Positions 56,914 through 64,000 of a DNA stretch of 64,000 nt are shown here, piece after piece (within the stretch, counting starts at the first letter, position 1; every line of letters begins with the position of its first letter). The DNA is from an uncultured Gemmatimonadales bacterium (GTDB taxonomy: Bacteria > Gemmatimonadota > Gemmatimonadetes > Gemmatimonadales > GWC2-71-9): contig CAWHFW010000005.1 of assembly GCA_963828735.1 (NCBI GenBank), positions 608,001 to 672,000 of the forward strand, in the 5' to 3' direction. Made by a program: the position numbers and the translations under genes. The notes below the pieces were generated by a model. That model saw only the letters and a program-made list of their open reading frames with translations, did not search any database and was not told the DNA's origin.

Positions 56914-57987
56914 TCATCCGCCTTGAGGCGGCGCTGGACCGTCAGGCGCAGGCGAGCGAGTCGAGAGGGTTGGCGCGTAGCCCCGCATGGTGTAAGCCCC
57001 ATCTCGAAGGAACACGAGTTCGCCTTCCAACTCGTCGGGGATCAGCTCCGTAAGTCGCTCGACGCACACCGCCAGCACATCGTGCCCGGTAATCAAACAG
57101 TGCTGCGCCATGTCGAGCTTCTCTTGCCGCCAGTGCAAGAGGCCTTTGTTCAGGTCGCCCACTGCCTGGTGGAACAGTCTGAATGCCTCGACGGCCTTAT
57201 GTTGAGCCTCCTTGCTAGCCGCCGGGGCATTGTCGATGAGGGCTTCCGCGCGATCTTCAGCGGCCTTCATCTCATTGGCTCCGCACCGCTTCCATGCCCA
57301 TGCTTGAAGAAGGTGGAGCCGCTCGCTGTTGGTGCCACGCACCTCGGCGACCAAGTCGCCGGGCAGTCGGTCGGAGTAAGGGACCGGCTCGTCCAGCCAC
57401 GAACGTAGTTGCCGCGCGAGCTTGAATGCGGCCCATCCGATGCGCTTGTCAGCCGCGTCCCCCTGCTGTGCCCGGACCTGTTGCTCCAACTCGCGCCGCT
57501 CTCGCTCGTGGCGCGCAACCATTGCGTTCTGTGCCCGCTGCAACCGGAAGAGCAGAATCGAGAACACCCCCGACACGAAGAGCGCGCCAATAGCAATCCT
57601 GTTCGCGACTGACCAACCTTCGGGAGAAGAAGCGACCCTGACTGTGTCGGCGACGTGCACCGACAACGAACCGAGAGTTGCCCGCACACTGTCAGCAATG
57701 TGCATTGAGCCGAGGATAGCTCGGACCGAGTCACTGACTGTTTCGGCGATGTGCGCCGACAACGAACCGAGAGTTGCCCGCACACTATCAGCAATGTGCG
57801 TGGAGCCGAGGATAGCTCGGACCGAGTCACTGACTGTTTCGGCGACATGCACCGACAACGAACCGAGAGTTGCCCGCACACTATCAGCAATGTGCGTGGA
57901 GCCGAGGATAGCTCGGACCGAATCACTCAGGACAGAGACGGGAACGTGGACGGTATCCTGCACGGGCGGCGTCAACCCGGCCGTCAC
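56914..57987 (-). CDS. Hypothetical single-pass membrane protein with 3x32-aa N-terminal repeats
   Basis: GTG overlapping integrase stop; repeats, TM IAIGALFVSGVFSILLF, coiled coil, helical C-domain. Confidence 0.7.
   Translation of the reverse strand: MTAGLTPPVQDTVHVPVSVLSDSVRAILGSTHIADSVRATLGSLSVHVAETVSDSVRAILGSTHIADSVRATLGSLSAHIAETVSDSVRAILGSMHIADSVRATLGSLSVHVADTVRVASSPEGWSVANRIAIGALFVSGVFSILLFRLQRAQNAMVARHERERRELEQQVRAQQGDAADKRIGWAAFKLARQLRSWLDEPVPYSDRLPGDLVAEVRGTNSERLHLLQAWAWKRCGANEMKAAEDRAEALIDNAPAASKEAQHKAVEAFRLFHQAVGDLNKGLLHWRQEKLDMAQHCLITGHDVLAVCVERLTELIPDELEGELVFLRDGAYTMRGYAPTLSTRSPAPDGPAPPQGG
57640..57927. repeat. Three near-identical 96-bp tandem units, in frame
   Basis: TCGGACCGA at 57721, 57817 and 57913 (period 96). 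Confidence 0.92.
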
Positions 57988-58394
57988 ACGCCCGCCGCCC
58001 AATAGGCTTCCAGCTTCGCCACCGCATCCCCGTCCTGCCCGCTCAGCACGTGCCCGTACACGTCGAGCGTCATCTTGGCGCTGGCGTGGCCGACGCGCTT
58101 CGCGACCACGTGTACCGGCGTCCCTGCCGCGAGCAGGTGCGTCACGTGCGTGTGTCGCAGGTCGTACACCCGGACATCGGGCAGCGGGTAGTAGGCCGTG
58201 AGGAGCGGCTTGAAGTGCCGCGCCGAGATGGGCGGGGCGCTCGACCTCAAGAGTCGCACCTCGGATTTCGGCCGTCCGCTCTTGCCCGGTTTCCCGCCCG
58301 AGTTGCCGGGATTGCCGCCACGAAGGCGGCCTTGGGCGTCGCGCTCGGGCCGACCTTGACGCGCCGAGTTCTCCGCCGAGTTTTGCCGGCGCAT
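57984..58394 (-). pseudogene. Truncated tyrosine integrase C-terminus fused to an unrelated Gly/Pro-rich N-terminus
   Basis: YDLRHTHVTHLL..G......KRVGH.SAKMTLDVYGH; only ~80 aa integrase-like. Confidence 0.8.
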
Positions 58395-58458
58395 AGGGTC
58401 ACCTACCGCGCATGAGGGTATCGGAGCTTGGCTCAACTGTTCGTCGCCCTAGAAGACG

Positions 58459-59736
58459 CTAGCGCCTTCGCATTATCACTGTCACCATCTGAGGGCTGTT
58501 GGTCGCTCCCGTAGCCGATACCTTAATCCAGCCTGAGTAGGTGCCCAACGGCAGGCCTGTGCCATCAACCGAAAACTTCATGGTAGACGGCGCTGTCCCT
58601 GATACCGGGGGGGATCTCCTGAGCCAAGTCCCGTTCTTACTGGATGTCCAGTTGAGTGTCCCACCCCCAGTGTTGCTGATGGCCACGGATATAGTCGACG
58701 GGCATGGTCGATTGCCCCCGATTGCAGGGTAACAGAGAACGAATACGGGGGGGAGGGGCAAGATGGTGATGGTAGGTGCCACCCGGTAGACGCCGTCCTC
58801 GAAACCGCTGAGCGCCATGTCCAGGTTGTAGGTGACGACCAGGGAGTCTCCCTGGTAGGTGGCGGTTGCCTGCCACTGCGGCCGGCTCGCGTCGAAGTCG
58901 AGACTGATGGACGCGTTCACCCGCGCATACCTCCCCGTGTACTCGAAGAAGCCGAAGGACGTCGTCAGGTATTGCAGGGCAAAGGTGCTATCCTCGTAGA
59001 GGACGTAGCGGGATTTCGCGCCGCTCGCTTCCGCGGAGACCCGGACGTACGTCAGCGCGCCCGCGGGAACGGGCGGAAACGCGCCCGGTGGACCGGGCGC
59101 AGCGGGGACGGGGATCCTCCGGGAGACGGTCCCCGTCGCCCCCACGTCGTCGGTGACGGTCAGCGCGACCAGGTAATGGCCGGTGGCCGCGTAGCCGTGC
59201 ACCGGGTTCGCTTCTGTGCTGGTCTCGCCGTCGCCGAAGTCCCAGGCGTACGACGCCACCGAGCCGCCGACGTTGCCGTCGGAACTCCCATCGCTGAAGG
59301 TGCAGGTGAGGTCGGTGCAGGAGACCGTGAAATCCGCCGTGGGAGCGACATTCGCCTCACTCGCGTCCACCTCCCTGGTGGCGGTCGCGGTCTCGCCGTC
59401 ATCGTCGGTCACGGTGAGCGTCACGGTGAACCGGCCGCCCGGGGCGGGATAGGTGTGGACCGCATCCCGCGTGGTCACATGGGGGCCGTGGTCGCCGAAG
59501 TCCCAGTCGTAGCCCTCGATGGTGCCGTCGGTATCGGTGCTGCTGTTAGCGAACGTGCAGGTGAGCGGGTTGCACTGGGCCGCGAAAGCCGCCGTCGGTG
59601 CTGTGTTCGACGGACTGTTCGACGGATCGGTGCCCTCGTCACCGCAGGCCGCGAGCAACGCGGCAACGGCGACCAAGGGAAAGACATGCGAGAAGCGCAT
59701 AGTAGCTGCGAGTGCCACGTGCCGATTCATGCGCAC
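58459..59736 (-). CDS. Lipoprotein with two PKD domains and a C-terminal BACON/Ig-like domain
   Basis: Lipobox LAAC; WDFGD x2 with VTLTVTDDDG/VALTVTDDVG; ISNTGGGTLNW..WL; GAGGAGG RBS. Confidence 0.85.
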   Translation of the reverse strand: MRMNRHVALAATMRFSHVFPLVAVAALLAACGDEGTDPSNSPSNTAPTAAFAAQCNPLTCTFANSSTDTDGTIEGYDWDFGDHGPHVTTRDAVHTYPAPGGRFTVTLTVTDDDGETATATREVDASEANVAPTADFTVSCTDLTCTFSDGSSDGNVGGSVASYAWDFGDGETSTEANPVHGYAATGHYLVALTVTDDVGATGTVSRRIPVPAAPGPPGAFPPVPAGALTYVRVSAEASGAKSRYVLYEDSTFALQYLTTSFGFFEYTGRYARVNASISLDFDASRPQWQATATYQGDSLVVTYNLDMALSGFEDGVYRVAPTITILPLPPVFVLCYPAIGGNRPCPSTISVAISNTGGGTLNWTSSKNGTWLRRSPPVSGTAPSTMKFSVDGTGLPLGTYSGWIKVSATGATNSPQMVTVIMRRR

Positions 59737-60064
59737 GGCTCCTCCTCAAGTCATGAGTTCTGAACTTTCACGAGGCGTGGAGCTGCGTGAGCGGCGGGTG
59801 GCACACAGGGCACAGGAGTACCCGGAGCCCTGCGCATGGAAAGCACCCTTGGCCGCGAGCGCGAAGCCGGGGCGGGCCGGAGCGGCTCGTGCCGGGTGGG
59901 GCTGTGGAGGGTATGCGCCTATGCTACCGCGTATTCCTTGCCCGTCAAGGCGACCGGCTGCGGGCCCACCGGGGGAGCCGGATACCCAGGGCCTTGGCGT
60001 TCTGGCGCAATTCCCAGCGCCGGAGCGGCCCGCCAGCCACGCGATAGGCGCGGAGCAGATCGGC

Positions 60065-60208
60065 CTAGGTGAAGGCGTAGAACGCTATCCCGTCATCGGT
60101 GACGGCGAAGCGCACGGGCACCCCGGCGGCGAGCACGGCGGCGGCGAAATGTGCCCGTTCCCCTTGTCCCGATCCGAGCGGGCGTCGGCGAGCACGTCCG
60201 GCGCTCAT
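60065..60208 (-). CDS. Small hypothetical ORF (47 aa), phage-like
   Basis: MSAGRARRR...FAVTDDGIAFYAFT; ATGA overlap with the upstream ORF. Confidence 0.35.
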   Translation of the reverse strand: MSAGRARRRPLGSGQGERAHFAAAVLAAGVPVRFAVTDDGIAFYAFT

Positions 60209-60347
60209 TTCTTCCGTGTCGAGGCGCGCGCCTCGGCCAGCGCGGCTTCCAACTGCTCGACGCGGGTGTTCAGGGCCGACAACGCGGCATCGGTGCGATG
60301 CACCGGTCCAATGCCTGGGCGATGGACGCCTGAGTGATCGGGTCCAT
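60205..60347 (-). pseudogene. Small coiled-coil ORF with a 1-nt frameshift
   Basis: MDPITQASIAQALDR / HRTDAALSALNTRVEQLEAALAEARASTRKK*; GAGG RBS. Confidence 0.4.
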
Positions 60348-60354
60348 GTGCGCC

Positions 60355-60603
60355 TCAAAGCAGGTAGTCGAGGTCCCGCGCTCGGGCCGCGCGGTATTCG
60401 TCGTCCATCGGGCCACGCTCGGCTTCGACTTCGGCGATCAGTTCCGCCGTCAGCTTGGCGAGCCCATAGTGCGGTGAGCCGGGGTACGCGGTCCCGTTGG
60501 GGTCGAGCACGATGTAGCTCCGCTGATCCTTCGAGATCAAGATGCAGGAGGCGAGGGCGGCGCTGGTACAGGTGGGGGGCCGGAGTGTTATCCCCGGTGT
60601 CAT
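60355..60603 (-). CDS. Hypothetical ORF or 3' gene remnant
   Basis: Protein-like C-half (YIVLDPNG...LAKLTAELIAEVEAE...); 5' end overlaps arm repeats, so the start is doubtful. Confidence 0.35.
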   Translation of the reverse strand: MTPGITLRPPTCTSAALASCILISKDQRSYIVLDPNGTAYPGSPHYGLAKLTAELIAEVEAERGPMDDEYRAARARDLDYLL

Positions 60604-60713
60604 CCCACAGGTCCAAAATCAGGCCAAAACTGACAATCAGCAAGCAAAAGCGGCAACAAGCCCGGTTGCCCGTAACTCGTTGCCGCTCTCGCTAATCCGT
60701 TGTCTTGCTGAGG

Positions 60714-60786
60714 CTCCCGAGGAGGGACTCGAACCCCCGACCCGGTGATTAACAGTCACCTGCTCTACCAACTGAGCTACTCGGGA
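60714..60786 (-). tRNA. tRNA-Asn(GTT)
   Basis: TCCCGAGTAGCTCAGTTGGTAGAGCAGGTGACTGTTAATCACCGGGTCGGGGGTTCGAGTCCCTCCTCGGGAG cloverleaf; followed by CCT, not CCA. Confidence 0.97.
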
Positions 60787-60860
60787 AGAAGATAGCACTG
60801 CGCGGGGTAGAATTTCGCCCGCTCGGTATCGAGGGTCAAGGCGCAACTGCCTTAAGCCTA

Positions 60861-60911
60861 GAGGTCCTGTCGGCCTGCGTCCTATCGGGGCAGCCGGGCC
60901 GACAGGACCTC
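60861..60911. repeat. Perfect 15-bp inverted repeat with 21-nt loop
   Basis: GAGGTCCTGTCGGCC ... GGCCGACAGGACCTC. Confidence 0.85.
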
Positions 60912-61263
60912 ATTTCGACACTGGCCCTGCATCACTTTCACGCCAAACCTCGAGCGACCCAGATCGACGGGACAAGGGCGGGAGTCGAGGCGCCATCAAG
61001 GCGTCACTATATGACCATCACGCCGCCACCGACAAGCCCCAGCCAGCGGTCGGGGGTAATGCGACAAAGGGAGCGGATCTCGCAACCGGGATACCTGGCC
61101 GATGGCAAACCCCAGCGAGCGTTCTCCCGCCCTAAGAAGCGAAGTAGCTTCCCGTGGCTACTTTATGCGGCAAAGTGATACCGACGACCAACTTAAGTCA
61201 TTGTTGAAAAACATGTTACACCGCGTAGCTACCCTTTTCCCCAGCGCTCCTTACCTTCTGTCC

Positions 61264-62355
61264 ATGTCGCTGCCACCCATGACCGGGCACGCAACCGCCC
61301 GTCAGCGCTTGGCTCAAGCGGTCCGAACTGACCGCCTCCCCCAGGTGATCACCATCTCCGGCCCGCCGGGGATCGGGAAACAGCGGCTGGCGCTCTGGCT
61401 CAGCCAGCTCGTCTTCTGTCAGGAACGAGGTCTCGAGCCGTGCGGGCGCTGTCGGCCCTGTCGTCTCGTGGATGGGCTGAGCCACCCCGACCTGCACTGG
61501 TTCGTCCCGATTCCGCGTCCCAAGGCCGCGGATCCGGACAAGGCGATTGACGAAGCGGCCCAGGCCATCGCTGAGACGATGGACGAGCGCCGGACGAAGC
61601 CGCTCTACGGGCCGCCCGACGGGATGGCGAGCCACTCGATGGCGTCGGTGCGCCTGCTCCAGCGGCACGCTTCGCTCACCTCGGTGGAGGGCGGCCGCCG
61701 CGTGTTCATCCTCGGCGACGCCGAGCGCCTGGTGCCGCAGGAGTCCAGTCAGGAAGCGGCGAACGCGCTCCTCAAGCTGCTCGAGGAGCCGCCCAGGGGG
61801 AGCCTCTTTCTGCTTACGACCATGGATCCCCGTCGGCTCCTGCCGACCATCCGCTCCCGAGCGGTGCCGGTGCGGCTCAACCGCCTGGCGGATGACGAGG
61901 TGCGCGGGTTCCTCTCGCGCGAAGTGGACTCGCCGCTCGCCGGCCGCGCTCTCGAGGACCGCGTGGCGCTCGCCGGCGGCTCGATCGGCGATGCGCTGGC
62001 CGCCGGCGATGAGAGCGCCAAGGCCCATCGGGCGGCCGGGCAGCTCCTGGAAACGGTGCTCGCCGGCCCGGCCGACCGCTACGAGCGGGCGCTCAAGCAG
62101 GCGCCGTTCTCTGCCCGCGGCGAGTTCACCGCGATGCTCGATGCGCTGGCGGAGACGTTGGGTGACGCCGCCCGCGGCGGGATGGGTCAGGCCACCAGAC
62201 GCCCCGTCCCGCCGGCACTGCTCAAGCGTGCCGACACCGCGTCCCTGCTCCGCGCGATGGAACGGGTCGCCGAGGCTCGCGAAGCGGCGTACGGCAACGT
62301 CAACCCGCAGATCCTCCTCGCCGCCCTGGGCGAGGACCTGGCGGAGGTGTTGTGA
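61264..62355 (+). CDS. holB: DNA polymerase III subunit delta'
   Basis: GPPGIGK, EPCGRCRPC, HPDLH, AANALLKLLEEPP, LLPTIRSR. Confidence 0.9.
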   Translation: MSLPPMTGHATARQRLAQAVRTDRLPQVITISGPPGIGKQRLALWLSQLVFCQERGLEPCGRCRPCRLVDGLSHPDLHWFVPIPRPKAADPDKAIDEAAQAIAETMDERRTKPLYGPPDGMASHSMASVRLLQRHASLTSVEGGRRVFILGDAERLVPQESSQEAANALLKLLEEPPRGSLFLLTTMDPRRLLPTIRSRAVPVRLNRLADDEVRGFLSREVDSPLAGRALEDRVALAGGSIGDALAAGDESAKAHRAAGQLLETVLAGPADRYERALKQAPFSARGEFTAMLDALAETLGDAARGGMGQATRRPVPPALLKRADTASLLRAMERVAEAREAAYGNVNPQILLAALGEDLAEVL

Positions 62356-62831
62356 AGCTGAGCCACCTCGACGAGGCGAGCCGGGCGCGCATGGTGGACG
62401 TGGGCGGCAAGCCGGAGACGGAGCGCACGGCCACCGCCGAGGGACTGGTGAGGATGTCGCGCGAGGCCTACGAGCAGGTGGCCGCGCACGCCGTCGCGAA
62501 GGGCGACGTGCTGGCGGTGGCGGAGGTCGCCGGGGTGATGGCGGCCAAGCGCACCGGCGAGTTGATCCCGCTGTGTCACCCGCTGGGGCTCGACGTCGTG
62601 ACCGTCGAGGCACGGCTGGAGCCGGACCTGCCGGGCCTGCGCGTGACCGCAACGGCAAAGGTGACGGGGCGCACAGGCGTCGAGATGGAGGCGCTCACAG
62701 CCGCAACCGTGGCGTGCCTGACAGTTTATGATATGGTGAAAGCCATAGACCGGGCGATGGTCATCGAAGGTGTTCGTCTGCTCAGCAAGACCGGGGGGAC
62801 CCGGGGAGACTGGCGCCGCTCCGATCCCTAG
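62352..62831 (+). CDS. moaC: Cyclic pyranopterin monophosphate synthase
   Basis: LSHLD...MVDV, KGDVL, LIPLCHP, TGVEMEAL, YDMVKA. Confidence 0.96.
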   Translation: MKLSHLDEASRARMVDVGGKPETERTATAEGLVRMSREAYEQVAAHAVAKGDVLAVAEVAGVMAAKRTGELIPLCHPLGLDVVTVEARLEPDLPGLRVTATAKVTGRTGVEMEALTAATVACLTVYDMVKAIDRAMVIEGVRLLSKTGGTRGDWRRSDP

Positions 62832-62870
62832 GACCTGGAGGACGCGGCCTTCTCGTACAGGAGGTTGGCC

Positions 62871-63587
62871 ATGAAGCGACCGACCGATAAATACAACGAT
62901 CCCGGTCCGCGCACCCTGCGCAACCTGCTCGTGCGTGGTGGCCTCCTGCTCGTGACCGCGGCGGTCGTGGGCTCGCTGGCGGGCTGGACCAGGCGCGTTC
63001 GCGCCACCGATTCGGCCGCGAAGAGCGCGGACGCGACGATCATCGTCGCCGCGCGCCGCATCGGAAGCCTGGCGGACCAGCTGGCCGCCGCGAACGGCGA
63101 TCGGGACCTGCTCAAGATCCAGCTCGACCGCGCCAACGCGATCATGGCGAGCTCCAGCAAGTACCGGATCCCGGCCGACCTGGCCGCGTCGATCTACGAT
63201 GTCGCGCTGGGTGAGGGCATCGATCCGGCCCTTGGCTTCCAGCTGGTGAAGATCGAGAGCGACTTCAAGGCGAACGCCCGCAGCCCGATGGGGGCGATCG
63301 GCTACACGCAGGTGCAGGTGGCCACCGCGCGGTTCTATGAGCCGGGCGTGACCGAGCGGGCGCTGATGACGAACCGCGAGCTGAACCTGCGGATCGGCTT
63401 CCGCTTCCTGAACGAGTTGCTGACGAGGTTCGACCGCAACACCCATCTCGCGCTCCTCGCGTACAATCGCGGGCCGGCCAAGGTGGCGGACATCCTGGCG
63501 CAGGGCGGCGACCCGACCAACGGGTATCCCGCCGCGGTGCTCGACGGCTATCGGGCGCCCAGCTCGACGGGACCGGGTTGGCGGTAG
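62871..63587 (+). CDS. SLT-family lytic transglycosylase with N-terminal TM
   Basis: KIESDF, S.MGAIGYTQV, NLRIG, ALLAYNRG; AGGAGG RBS. Confidence 0.88.
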   Translation: MKRPTDKYNDPGPRTLRNLLVRGGLLLVTAAVVGSLAGWTRRVRATDSAAKSADATIIVAARRIGSLADQLAAANGDRDLLKIQLDRANAIMASSSKYRIPADLAASIYDVALGEGIDPALGFQLVKIESDFKANARSPMGAIGYTQVQVATARFYEPGVTERALMTNRELNLRIGFRFLNELLTRFDRNTHLALLAYNRGPAKVADILAQGGDPTNGYPAAVLDGYRAPSSTGPGWR

Positions 63588-63623
63588 CCGCTCGGCGGTA
63601 AGCCGGAGTCGCTGGAGCAAGCG

Positions 63624-63660
63624 AAGGGGGCATGCGCGGACGCATGCCCCCCTTTGTTTC
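63624..63660. terminator. Rho-independent terminator, probably bidirectional
   Basis: GGGGGCATGCG-CGGA-CGCATGCCCCC followed by CTTTGTTTC. Confidence 0.75.
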
Positions 63661-63689
63661 GTTTGGGATGACCCGCGAGCGCTATCCCG

Positions 63690-64000
63690 TCATCCAGGAA
63701 TCTTGATCGTTGCGCCGGCGCGGAGCCCATCCTCGCCGGACAGGCCGTTCGCGTCCCGGAGCGCCTGCACCGACACGCCGTAACGCTTGGCGAGGCCGCT
63801 CAGCGTCTCCCCGCGCCGTACGGTGTGCCTGCGCGCCGCCGAGGCGTCGGATGAGGCGAGCTTCGTCGGGCTCGCGCGCCGTTCGGCCCGGGGCGCCGTC
63901 ACGCGGAGTCGCTGACCCGACCGGATCCCGTCCTCGGGCCCGAGGCCGTTCCAGGCCCGAATCTGTCGCACGGTGACGCCGTACTCCGACGCGAGGCCCG
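63690..64000 (-). CDS. LysM-repeat protein C-terminus (MltD-like), 5' truncated by window edge
   Basis: HTVRRGETLSGLAKRYGVSV..L..ANGL and a preceding LysM repeat. Confidence 0.85.
   Translation of the reverse strand, partial: GLASEYGVTVRQIRAWNGLGPEDGIRSGQRLRVTAPRAERRASPTKLASSDASAARRHTVRRGETLSGLAKRYGVSVQALRDANGLSGEDGLRAGATIKIPG

Larger units (their letters stand above)
56777..60755. mobile_element. Degenerate ~3.9 kb integrative element in tRNA-Asn
   Basis: Direct repeats 3934 bp apart, tyrosine-integrase remnant, arm-like repeats, atypical cargo. Confidence 0.85.

Noticed and set aside
57640..57927. 96-bp periodic repeats as a CRISPR array
   Set aside because: Whole units are near-identical with no unique spacers, the period is a multiple of 3 inside an ORF, and there are no cas genes in the window.
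61100..61165. c-di-GMP-I riboswitch, suggested by GGCAAACC...CTAA
   Set aside because: Lacks the GNRA-capped P2 and the GACGCAAA junction; needs an Rfam scan, and there is no support by eye.

Overview
High-GC bacterial chromosomal segment. Gene content and order suggest Gemmatimonadota, which is an inference. About 1-47 kb and 61-64 kb are housekeeping genes: hisZ-hisG; a DUF58/BatA-mfd-PPIase-surA-pdxA operon; a lepA-GT9-ROK-PfkB-(STAS/HATPase)-(STAS/wHTH)-trans-sulfuration enzyme run followed by ftsE-ftsX-envC; then nfo, pckA, an HD hydrolase, PP2C+FHA, uvrA, an aromatic amino acid decarboxylase, an alkA-like glycosylase, holB, moaC and lytic transglycosylases. About 47.5-56 kb is a surface-glycan cluster (sulfatase, AP-superfamily enzyme, GT4, Wzx, GT2, GMC oxidoreductase). 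About 56.1-60.8 kb is an accessory region at tRNA-Asn(GTT). It holds a ~3.9 kb element bounded by a 45-bp direct repeat that ends exactly at the anticodon loop, with repeated TGTTATCCC arm-like sites. Its cargo is a chimeric integrase remnant, a membrane protein with 3x96-bp repeats, a PKD/BACON lipoprotein and small phage-like ORFs, and the end of a second related element lies in tandem. The best candidate for an undescribed system is the coupled STAS-HATPase + STAS-wHTH pair (21253-22697), which sits between two sugar kinases and the FtsEX-EnvC genes. Also notable are a recurring leaderless-type TANNNT box 6-8 nt before start codons, a DUF4384 protein with CxxCH behind a sigma54-like promoter, and an unlisted 58-aa ORF. 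All calls come from reading motifs by eye; no database searches were run.
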